DNA of 64,000 nucleotides from Candidatus Multivorans sp. (GTDB lineage Bacteria; Acidobacteriota; Thermoanaerobaculia; Multivoradales; Multivoraceae): NCBI GenBank assembly GCA_965247095.1, contig OZ251997.1, positions 2,368,001 to 2,432,000 of the forward strand, read 5' to 3'. Shown piece by piece: positions 18,529 to 27,016 of this stretch (position 1 is its first letter; each line of letters starts with the position of its first letter). The notes under the pieces were generated by a model. It saw only the letters and a program-made list of their open reading frames with translations, ran no database searches and was not told where the DNA came from. The position numbers and the translations under genes were made by a program.

Positions 18529-19029
18529 CGTGTGAGTCCTCCCCTGCCTGCGACGAAGCCTATCGCTACGGCAGCCGAGCGGGAGCAGCAAGCAGGTCGA
18601 GGTACGCGACTGACCTGGACATAGGGGAACGCCCACCTGGAGACAACGCAGTCCACAGGGTTTCGGGCCTCGATTCCGTCTAGGTCAGTAGGGAGGGCGG
18701 CCGCGGCGGTCCCCTTGCTCCTGAGACGGGCGCACACAGCGCCGCCCGGTCGCTCTCCCGGTGGAGCGTCTGAACGACGGAATTGAGGGCCCTCCGGCCA
18801 CTTTTCGCGCCTGGCTAGCAACTTCCCCCAGGGGGGAAATGGGTCGATTGCCCCCCTTCACGAGGCCCCGGCGGCCCGCGCAGGAGTCTTACCGCCGCGT
18901 GTCCCTCTGTTCCGGTCGCCGTAGCCAGCCTCCGGATCCGCGGATTCTCCGCGGCGCGCAGCGCCGCCGCGTCTGTGGTCGTCCAAGCGTGGCGTACCGG
19001 GTCTGGCTCTTGAAGGATCAGAACGCGAA

Positions 19030-19160
19030 CGGCCCCCCCTTGGGGGGGCTTAGGGGGGTTCTGGATCTAATGGATCTAATGCTGACCGCGAAGATGTAGG
19101 CGGGACAAGGGTTTCCGGGGTTTAGCGTGACGCGAACCCGCCGTAGCGTGACGCGCACGG
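19030..19160. other. Candidate plasmid replication origin
   Basis: Non-coding, just downstream of the rep-like gene. TAGCGTGACGCG twice, 21 bp apart (19123, 19144); TGGATCTAA twice; C7-TT-G7 palindrome. Confidence 0.5.
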
Positions 19161-19167
19161 GAGGCGG

Positions 19168-19827
19168 TCAGTCGTCCAGCAGCGTCCGGATCAAGTGCCA
19201 CTTGTAGGCCCCGGATTCGTTCTGCTCGACGCGCCGGGTCGCCTCGACGTAGCGCGCACTGGCACGCACGACGAAGACGGCTTCACCCGTCTTCCCCGGC
19301 CGCAGGATGCGCTCGACGAGCTCCACGGTGTCGCCGGCTTCGGCTTCGCCGCGGCCGGCGGCGAGATAGCCGTGCTTGACCAGGTGCTCGAACAGTCGGC
19401 CCAGGCGCTTCCGGTCCCGGTCGGTGAGCGGACCCTCCGGCACGTCGTCGCCGGCCATGCGGAGCACGTCGGCGCCGGCGATGCGCACCTCTTGACCTGG
19501 GCCGGTCTTCCCCGTCGCGGGCTGTAGGAGTTCGGGGGTCCAGCCGCCTTTTCCGGGCGACCACGCCAGACGTGCCTCGATGCCGTCGAGGGCGCGGCGG
19601 GCGCGGGTGTCCCGGGCACTGCGGAGGTCCTGGCGGAACAGGCCGCCGGTGAGTCTCCAGGCTCGCGGCCCTTCTCGCCGCGCCCAGGTCGGCGGGCCAA
19701 GGGTCCAAAGCTCCGGTGTGGGCACGTCAACGAACGCGAGCGGTCGCCAGTCTGTGGGCGTGAGTCGAACACCGAGGCCATAGAGGACCGACAAAGGATC
19801 GACCGCGCGAGCTTGATCGAAACGGTT
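19168..19827 (-). CDS. C-terminal part of the split putative replication protein
   Basis: The apparent start at 19869 lies inside the riboswitch half. The frame (AAC CGT TTC, NRF) continues exactly from ...KLD at 8328. Confidence 0.65.
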   Translation of the reverse strand, partial: NRFDQARAVDPLSVLYGLGVRLTPTDWRPLAFVDVPTPELWTLGPPTWARREGPRAWRLTGGLFRQDLRSARDTRARRALDGIEARLAWSPGKGGWTPELLQPATGKTGPGQEVRIAGADVLRMAGDDVPEGPLTDRDRKRLGRLFEHLVKHGYLAAGRGEAEAGDTVELVERILRPGKTGEAVFVVRASARYVEATRRVEQNESGAYKWHLIRTLLDD

Positions 19828-19905
19828 TTCGTCTTGGATCACAGTCGCGGGGCGGTGGGAGATTCGCACTCCCTTCCCTTGAACTGCCTGCGTTCTGATG
19901 TGTGC
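19823..19905 (-). promoter_or_regulatory. Cobalamin riboswitch, 5' half only
   Basis: Minus strand reads GAACGCAGGCAGTTC-AAGGGAA-GGGAGTGCGAATCTCCC-ACCG-CCCCGCGACTGTGA-TCCAAGACGAAAACCG. Confidence 0.9.
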
Positions 19906-20039
19906 TCAGACTCTTGCCGCGATGTTCCCTGTCACGCGATCTTCCCTGTCACGATTGAAGAATCAGGCTGCGAGCGGACATCGTAGCAGCGAGACCGCCG
20001 TCGTCGAACCCGGACTGTGGCGGCGTCATACGACCTACA

Positions 20040-23000
20040 ATGACGTCCATGCGACACGCCACGGATTCCGGCGCACCCCGCCCCGGCGAGCAACTGTCGC
20101 TGCTCCCGGGTCGGCCCGAGTCTCCAGTTCGCATCCACGCCTCGACCCGCCTCGAGACCCTCGCGGTCCGGCTCGCCGACCACATGGAGCGGAAACCCGC
20201 CGAGCCGCTCGAACCGGAACGAATCGTCGTCCCGGACCCCCTGATGGGCCAGTGGCTGCGGCTCGAGGTGGCGTCCCACCTCGGCGTCGCTGCCCACCTC
20301 AGGATCGAGCAGCCGGCCGAGTTCGCCTGGGCCGCGATGCGCGAGCAGGTGGAAGGACTCGCCGGCGAGTCGGTCTACGGACCGCCCCATCTCCGCTGGA
20401 GAATCTTCGACCATCTGAAGAACTGGAGCGGGGACGACGAGATCGCCCGCTACCTGGAGGACGGCGACGCGCGCAAGCGTTTCGAGCTCGCTGACCGGCT
20501 CGCCGCCGCCTACGACCGGTGCCGCGTGTATCGGCCGGACAGCATTCGCGCATGGCAGCAAGGCGGACCGCAAGACTGGCATGCGCGGCTGTGGGCAGAC
20601 CTCGCGGCGGGCGAGACGGCGCCGCGGCACTGGGTCGACGCCATCGACCGCTATCGCGACGCCCTGGCCGGACGGACAGCGACGGCGCCGCGCAAGAGGG
20701 TGAGCTTCTTCCACGTCGCCTCGATGTCGCCCACCTACGTCGAAATGCTGGCGCTGGCCGCCGGGGCGATGGATGTCCACCTGTACCTGCTCAGCCCCTC
20801 GCGCCGGTTCTGGGACGCGCAGCCCAGGCGCGACGACCGCGGCTACTACCAGGAGCACGACGATCTGCTCAGCGCCTGGGGCCGCCCGGCCCGCGACCTG
20901 CAGGTGCTGCTGGTGGACGAGCTGGATGCCACCGCGGTCGTGGACCTTGAAGCCGCCGAAGACGCGCCGCGCGCCGCCACCTGTCTGGCCGCCCTGCAGC
21001 GGGACATCCTTGGCGTGCGGACCGGCGGCGAAGCACTCGAACACGAACCGGAACGCCCGGATGACTCGATCCAGGTCCACGTCTGCCACTCCCCCACGCG
21101 CGAAATCGAGGTCCTGCACGACCGGCTGCTCGGCATCTTCGACCACCACCCCGACATCCAGCCCTCGGACGTGCTCGTCGTCACGCCGGACCTCGACACC
21201 TACGCGCCTCTGATCGAGGCGGTGTTCGGATCGGCGGAGCAGATCGGCTTCAGCATCGGCAGACAGCGGCTGAAGGAAGGCGCCGCTCTGACCGCCTTCC
21301 TCGACCTCCTGGAACTGCCCGGATCGCGCTACGCGGCCAGCGACGTGCTGGCGCCGCTGCTCGCGTCCTCGGTCCGAGGTCGCTTCGGCATCGACGACGC
21401 CGACCTGGCAGCGATTCGAGAAGCGGTCGCCCGGGCCAGGGTCCGCTGGGGCCTCGACGAGAACCACCGCACCGAGCTCGGCGTGCCGGCTTCCGAGAAC
21501 CACAACTGGCGCCGTGGGCTGAATCGCCTGGTCCTCGGGTACACGATGCAGGAAGGCGATGTGCTGATCGACGGCATCACGCCCTGCGCACTCGACGGGC
21601 GGGGCTTCCGCACCGGCGCCAACGATTACGAACTGTTGGGTCGGTTTCAGCGCTACTGCGAACTCGCGTTCGCGCTGGGCGGGTGGGTCGAAGCCGAGTA
21701 CACATCGGACGGGTGGACCAAGCGCCTCCGGGCCGAGGTTCTCGAGGTGTTCTTCACCCGGGACCCGCGGCATGGAGTCGAGACCTTCCGGGAGGTCGAC
21801 ACCGTGGCCAGGCTCATCGACGAGTTCGACGACCAGTGCACACGGGCGGGAGCTGCCCGACCGATCCCTTTCACGGTGCTGCGGGACGTCCTGAAGGGAC
21901 TCGCCGAAGAGGCTGTTCGCTCGGCGCCGCGACTGGCCGACGGGGTCGCGGTCGCCGACCTCGCTTCCGGCCAGATCTTCCCGGTCAAGGTGATCTGCGC
22001 GGTTGGCATGAACGACGGTTCCTTCCCCCGCCGCCCGCCGCCCGCGGCTTTCGACTTCCAGGCCAACCTCTTCGACGGCGAGGCCCGCAGGCCCGGCGAC
22101 CGCGACCGTCGTGACGAGGACCGCTCAGCCTTCCTCGAGGCTCTGCTCGCGGCGCGGCAATGCTTCGTGTTGACGTACACCGGCCGGGATCTCCAGGAAG
22201 ACAAGCCCATTCCGCCGTCCATCGTCGTCAGCGAACTGACGCAGCGCCTCAAGCAGCGCTTCCCGGCGTTCGAGACGGAAGACCGGGCGCAACGCCATCC
22301 GCTGCAACCGTTCAGCCCCCGCTACTTCGAGGACGAGGATCGGGACAGGTCCGCGCTGTTCAGCTACTCGCCGCCGATGGCCGCGGCGGCAACCACCATG
22401 GGAACGAGCCGCGAGGCCCCCGAGCGCTTCGAGGGCGAGGTGGCGACGAGCGGCCGGCAGGGGTCGGCCGAGGAACTCGAGCTGGAGGACCTCATCCGGT
22501 TCGGAGTCAGTCCGTCGAAGGACTTCGTCCGCAACCGGCTGGACATGGTCCTCGACACACGGGACGAGGACGTGGAGGACGACGAACCCCTCGGCCTGAA
22601 CGCGCTCGAGATCTGGCAACTGAAGAGCGACCTGGCGGGGTTCGGCGACCTGGATGGAGACCGGACGCTCGAGCTGGCCGCGGCCCGCGGCCTGCTGCCG
22701 CCAAGGAATCTGGGGCTTGTTCAGCACCGCGAGTCGGCCGCTCAGGTCAGGGGTCTCCTGGAAGCCCTGCATCCGTTTCAGGAGCACAGCGGATCCCGGC
22801 TCCAGCAAGTGGATGTCCTGTTCGGGGAGACGCGCCTGGTCGGCGGGGTCGACCGGTTCCATGAAGTGAAGAACGAGCTCCTGTGGTGGCGGATCGGCCG
22901 CATCCGGGCCAAGGACCAGATCGAAGTCTGGCTGCGGCTGCTGGCGCTCATCTGCCACCGCGAACAAACAGCCACGGCTCACCTGTTCGGCGTCAAGACG

Positions 23001-23300
23001 GAAGTCGAGAAGGTCACACTCACCGGCCCCGACCCGGCGGATGCCCGGCCGATGCTCGGCGACTGGATCGATCTCTGGCGGGACGGCCAGCGCAGGCCGC
23101 TGCCGTTCTTCGCCTCGACTTCCTGGGAGTGGATCGCCAGGAAGGAGTCGAGCGACGCCGCCCGAAAGAAGTGGAACAGCGACTTCGGTGACGGGAATGA
23201 CTCCTGCCACCACCTGATCTTCGGCGCCGACCCCTGCGGCGACGAGTTCGAGGCCCTTGCCCGGCGCCTGCTCAGCCCGCTGAAGGAGGCGAGTTCGTGA
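20040..23300 (+). CDS. recC: Exodeoxyribonuclease V gamma subunit
   Basis: HASTRLETL, IQVHVCHSPTREIEVLHDRL, FLEALLAAR, HPLQPFSPRYF; 1086 aa. Confidence 0.95.
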   Translation: MTSMRHATDSGAPRPGEQLSLLPGRPESPVRIHASTRLETLAVRLADHMERKPAEPLEPERIVVPDPLMGQWLRLEVASHLGVAAHLRIEQPAEFAWAAMREQVEGLAGESVYGPPHLRWRIFDHLKNWSGDDEIARYLEDGDARKRFELADRLAAAYDRCRVYRPDSIRAWQQGGPQDWHARLWADLAAGETAPRHWVDAIDRYRDALAGRTATAPRKRVSFFHVASMSPTYVEMLALAAGAMDVHLYLLSPSRRFWDAQPRRDDRGYYQEHDDLLSAWGRPARDLQVLLVDELDATAVVDLEAAEDAPRAATCLAALQRDILGVRTGGEALEHEPERPDDSIQVHVCHSPTREIEVLHDRLLGIFDHHPDIQPSDVLVVTPDLDTYAPLIEAVFGSAEQIGFSIGRQRLKEGAALTAFLDLLELPGSRYAASDVLAPLLASSVRGRFGIDDADLAAIREAVARARVRWGLDENHRTELGVPASENHNWRRGLNRLVLGYTMQEGDVLIDGITPCALDGRGFRTGANDYELLGRFQRYCELAFALGGWVEAEYTSDGWTKRLRAEVLEVFFTRDPRHGVETFREVDTVARLIDEFDDQCTRAGAARPIPFTVLRDVLKGLAEEAVRSAPRLADGVAVADLASGQIFPVKVICAVGMNDGSFPRRPPPAAFDFQANLFDGEARRPGDRDRRDEDRSAFLEALLAARQCFVLTYTGRDLQEDKPIPPSIVVSELTQRLKQRFPAFETEDRAQRHPLQPFSPRYFEDEDRDRSALFSYSPPMAAAATTMGTSREAPERFEGEVATSGRQGSAEELELEDLIRFGVSPSKDFVRNRLDMVLDTRDEDVEDDEPLGLNALEIWQLKSDLAGFGDLDGDRTLELAAARGLLPPRNLGLVQHRESAAQVRGLLEALHPFQEHSGSRLQQVDVLFGETRLVGGVDRFHEVKNELLWWRIGRIRAKDQIEVWLRLLALICHREQTATAHLFGVKTEVEKVTLTGPDPADARPMLGDWIDLWRDGQRRPLPFFASTSWEWIARKESSDAARKKWNSDFGDGNDSCHHLIFGADPCGDEFEALARRLLSPLKEASS

Positions 23301-26300
23301 CGGCCCAGGCCGGGGGCAACGATCCCCTCACCAGGTCACTTGACGGCGATCTGATCATCGAGGCCAGCGCGGGCACGGGCAAGACCTACACCCTGACCAC
23401 ACTGGTCGCCCGCCTGATCGTCGAAGCGGACCGGAACATCGACGAGCTCCTGATCGTCACGTTCACGATCTCCGCCGCCGGCGAACTCCGGGAGCGGGTC
23501 TGGCGTACCTTGCAGGCGGCACGACGGGCTCTCGCCGAGCCCGGCGCCGTGGTCGACGGGCAGGCCCGCGAACTGGCTCAGCGCTGGCGGAACGTCGGCA
23601 TTCCAGACGCCGACGCGGCGATACGGCTGACCAGCGCCATCCGCGATTTCGACCGGGCCAACATCACGACCATCCATGGCTTTTGCCAGCGCGCGCTGTC
23701 CGAGTTCGCCCTCAATGCGGGCATCCCGTTCCGCTTCCAGGTCAGCGGCGATGACGCGCTGGCGGTCGCCGCGGCGACGCAGGACTTCTGGCGCCAGAAC
23801 ATGGCGCCCGCGGAGATTCCGTTCCTCGAGTACGCAGAGGGCCGGAACTTCGTTCCGAAGAAAGGACTCCCCTGGGGCGAGGACGCAACCACGTGGGTCG
23901 TCCGGTGCCACGCCAAACAAAGCGACATCCGCGGCGCCGCCGACCCGGAGGAGGTCCAGCAGGCGCAGCAATCAGGTCGCGATCCCTGGCTCCAGGCGTT
24001 CCAGGCAGCACGTGCCGCGTGGAACGACGACAGCCAGCGTCAGATCTTCCTTGAGGCGCTGGCCACACACAGGTGGAACAAGAACGAGAACGACGACCGG
24101 CTCAGCGAAGTCACCGCCGCATTCCGCGCAAACGATCCGGCGTTGTTTCCCCGGGAACGCGCCGGCTACTTCGGCCGCGAATCGCTGACCGGCAAACTGA
24201 GGAAGACAACGCCCCGGCAGCAACTTCCGGCCATTCTCCTCTACGACGCCTTCGACCGTCTGGGAAAGGCAGCAACGGAACTTCCGCAACTCTGGCTCGC
24301 CGGCCAGCGCAGCCTGCTTCTGGAGAACGTCCGGACGACTCTGCACCACGACGCCTGGGCGGACCGGCGCCTGAGCTTCAACGCCCTCCTGACCGAGTTG
24401 CACCGCGCGCTCGATGGCCAGTTCGGTGCGCCTCTGGCGGAACGGATCCGCGCCCGATACCCGGTCGCCCTGATCGACGAGTTCCAGGATACGGATCGCC
24501 TGCAGGCCGACATCTTCGAGAAGATCTACCCCGGCGGCGGCGCGCCGAACGGCAGCCTGCTCGTCGTCGGCGACCCCAAACAGTCCATCTACCGCTTCCG
24601 CGGCGCCGATGTCTTCGCCTACTTCGACGCCAAGAAACGCCTGTCCGGCACGAACGTCGAGCTGAAGCTCGAGAAGAACTACCGCTCGACACCCGGACTC
24701 GTCCGTGCCGTGAACGCCCTGTTCGAAAGACCCAGGCCATTCGTCCTCCCTGATCCGGGGTTCCACTTCGAGGCAGCCGCCGCGGCCGACTCCACCCGCG
24801 GTGAACTCGTCGTACCCGACCAAGACCACGATGCCCGGCCCTTCGAGATCCAGTTGGTTCGAAGGGCAGATGGCAAGAAGTGGACGAAGGGGCAACTGAG
24901 ACAGGCGACAGCCGAGCACACCGCCGGCGAGATCGCGCGCTTGCTGGAGCCGACGCGGAACGGAGGGGCTGCCGCGATCGTCTCGGAAGCCGGCAAGGCG
25001 CCCATCACCGACGGCGACATCGCCGTGCTCGTCCGCACGGGCGAGCAGGGCAGGGCAGTCGCCCAATCGCTGCTGGGCTACGGCATCGACAGCATCGAGA
25101 TGGGGGTCGACAGCGTCTACGACTCCCACGAGGCTGCGGCCCTCTACCGGCTCCTGTACGCCCTGTGCACGGCCGAATCGGAGTACAACGCGACACCGCT
25201 GCTGCGCGGCGCGCTGGCGGCGGACCTGTTCGGCCTGAGCCTGCAGGACCTCGCCAGACTCCGGGACGAGGACGACTTCTGGACAGACTGGCGCGACTTG
25301 GCGCGCGGCTCGCGCGGCTGGGGCCAGGTCTGGAAGGAGCAGGGCATCGCGGCTCTGATCCGGCACATCCTCTTCGCCAAGGACTCCGACTGCGCCGCGA
25401 ACCTTCTGGGCTACCCCGACGGCCCGCGCCGTCTGACGAACTACCTGCACCTCGCGGACCTGCTCCACGAGGCGGAGACCTGGCGCCGGCCCTCGCGCCA
25501 CGGTCTCGTCGACTGGTTCAGGCGGTCGCGAGCCGAGCCCAGCGGCGGCGACGAGACGTCACAGCTTCGTCTGGAGAGTGACGAGAAGCTGGTCAAGATC
25601 GTGACCGTCCATCGGGCGAAGGGACTGGAGTTCCCGATTGTCTTCTGTCCCTTCACCTGGGACGGGCGCCAACCGAAACCCCCCGAGATGGCCGAGTACT
25701 TCGACGCCGCGGCAGGAACGCCCGTACTCCATCTGCGACCGGCGGACGACCATCGCGACCGCCAGCGCCTCGAAGAACACGCGGACGAGTTGCGCCTTCT
25801 CTACGTGGCGCTGACCCGAGCGAAGTACCGCTGCGTGGTGGGTTGGGCACAGGCGACAGGCGCCCAGCACGCACCGCTGGCCTGGCTCCTGCATCCGAAT
25901 GGGGGCGGCGGCGATCAGAGCCCGATCGACGCGCTGAAGGAGAACGCCGAGAGGGTGGCCAAACTCGGCGCGGAGGAGTGGCGAGCCGAGGTTCACCGCC
26001 TCGCCGGCAAGGCGCCGGAAGACATCTCGGTCCGGGAGATCGACCTCGCTCTGCCCGACGGCGGGGAACCAATCCGCCGCGCCGAGCCCGAAAACCGCGA
26101 AGAACCCTTCCAGGCCCGCGAACTCCGCCGCCAGCTCGCTTCCATCCGCCAGCGCACCAGCTACTCCGCGCTCTCCACCGGCGCCGGCGCCGCTCAGTCC
26201 GAGATCGAGCATGAAGAAGCCGAACGGCCCGACCACGACCCGGACGAACCGGACGCTTCCGGCGAGGTCGCGGCCGCGGAGCGGCCTGCCGAGGAGGACG

Positions 26301-27016
26301 CGCTGACCGTCTTCACCTTCCCCAGCGGCAATCGACCCGGCAGATGCCTGCACGAGATCTTCGAGAAGCGGATGCAACCGGACCACGATCTCGTTTCGAT
26401 CTGCCGGGACGCGCTGGCCAGGTACGGCATCGACTCGAAGTGGGCGCCGGTCGTCCGCACGCTCATCCAGGACACGCTCGACACGCCGCTCACACAACCC
26501 GGCGAGGCAGGCAGCGTCTTCCGCGTCGCCGACCTCGAGCGGCCGATCCCCGAGATGGAGTTCCACCTGCCGGTCCAGGGCCTCAGGCGGGCTCAGCTCG
26601 CCGAATGCCTGCACGCGCACGGCTACGACCATGCGTTGCCCGACAGCCGGAGCGCGATCAACGGTTTTCTCCACGGCTACATCGATGTCGTGGCCCAGAA
26701 CAACGACCTCTGGTACGTCCTGGACTACAAGTCGAACTGGCTAGGACACGGCCGGGCCGTGTACTCGCCGGAAGGGCTGGAGGGAGCGATGCGCCAGCAC
26801 GGCTACCACCTCCAGTACCTGCTGTACCTCACGGCCCTGCACCGGCTGCTGCGGCTGCGCCTTCCCGGGTACGACTACGACCGTCACATCGGCGGCGCGT
26901 TCTACCTCTTCGTGCGCGGAATGAGACCGAACGCGCCCGGTGGCGGCGTGTTCCACAACCGTCCATCCCGCGCCTGCATCGAGGGGATCGACGCCTGCCT
27001 CGGGGACGCGCCATGA
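23297..27016 (+). CDS. recB: Exodeoxyribonuclease V beta subunit
   Basis: IEASAGTGKT, LIDEFQDTD, GDPKQSIYRFRGAD, TVHRAKGLE, LYVALTRA; nuclease GYIDVV..LDYKSN. Confidence 0.96.
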   Translation: MTAQAGGNDPLTRSLDGDLIIEASAGTGKTYTLTTLVARLIVEADRNIDELLIVTFTISAAGELRERVWRTLQAARRALAEPGAVVDGQARELAQRWRNVGIPDADAAIRLTSAIRDFDRANITTIHGFCQRALSEFALNAGIPFRFQVSGDDALAVAAATQDFWRQNMAPAEIPFLEYAEGRNFVPKKGLPWGEDATTWVVRCHAKQSDIRGAADPEEVQQAQQSGRDPWLQAFQAARAAWNDDSQRQIFLEALATHRWNKNENDDRLSEVTAAFRANDPALFPRERAGYFGRESLTGKLRKTTPRQQLPAILLYDAFDRLGKAATELPQLWLAGQRSLLLENVRTTLHHDAWADRRLSFNALLTELHRALDGQFGAPLAERIRARYPVALIDEFQDTDRLQADIFEKIYPGGGAPNGSLLVVGDPKQSIYRFRGADVFAYFDAKKRLSGTNVELKLEKNYRSTPGLVRAVNALFERPRPFVLPDPGFHFEAAAAADSTRGELVVPDQDHDARPFEIQLVRRADGKKWTKGQLRQATAEHTAGEIARLLEPTRNGGAAAIVSEAGKAPITDGDIAVLVRTGEQGRAVAQSLLGYGIDSIEMGVDSVYDSHEAAALYRLLYALCTAESEYNATPLLRGALAADLFGLSLQDLARLRDEDDFWTDWRDLARGSRGWGQVWKEQGIAALIRHILFAKDSDCAANLLGYPDGPRRLTNYLHLADLLHEAETWRRPSRHGLVDWFRRSRAEPSGGDETSQLRLESDEKLVKIVTVHRAKGLEFPIVFCPFTWDGRQPKPPEMAEYFDAAAGTPVLHLRPADDHRDRQRLEEHADELRLLYVALTRAKYRCVVGWAQATGAQHAPLAWLLHPNGGGGDQSPIDALKENAERVAKLGAEEWRAEVHRLAGKAPEDISVREIDLALPDGGEPIRRAEPENREEPFQARELRRQLASIRQRTSYSALSTGAGAAQSEIEHEEAERPDHDPDEPDASGEVAAAERPAEEDALTVFTFPSGNRPGRCLHEIFEKRMQPDHDLVSICRDALARYGIDSKWAPVVRTLIQDTLDTPLTQPGEAGSVFRVADLERPIPEMEFHLPVQGLRRAQLAECLHAHGYDHALPDSRSAINGFLHGYIDVVAQNNDLWYVLDYKSNWLGHGRAVYSPEGLEGAMRQHGYHLQYLLYLTALHRLLRLRLPGYDYDRHIGGAFYLFVRGMRPNAPGGGVFHNRPSRACIEGIDACLGDAP

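Larger units (their letters stand above)
18139..18547. repeat. 73-bp direct repeats separating the mini-ORFs
   Basis: Copies at 18139-18211 and 18336-18408, with a partial copy at 18524-18547. Each contains the RBS, start codon and upstream stop. Confidence 0.85.
8328..19827. mobile_element. Integrated 11.5-kb mobilisable plasmid (rep, parA, Cre-like recombinase, ColE1-type mob, TA genes, cargo)
   Basis: Bounded by direct repeat CGGTT (8323-8327 and 19823-19827). The host flanks join into one riboswitch and the element ends join into one ORF. Gene content is plasmid-type. Confidence 0.9.

Noticed and set aside
8323-19827. Junction offset is exactly 11,500 bp, suggesting an artificial or mis-assembled insert
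   Set aside because: The shared core, in-frame rejoining of the element ORF, recombinase-like arms and decay of the downstream gene fit a biological event. The round number is treated as coincidence, though read support is still needed.
19828-19869. Start of the 233-aa ORF at 19869
   Set aside because: These codons are riboswitch sequence. The ORF is the 3' part of the split gene.
19918-19951. 17-bp tandem duplication CGCGAT(G/C)TTCCCTGTCA between the riboswitch and recC
   Set aside because: Could be an operator or promoter element, but two copies give no support for any function.
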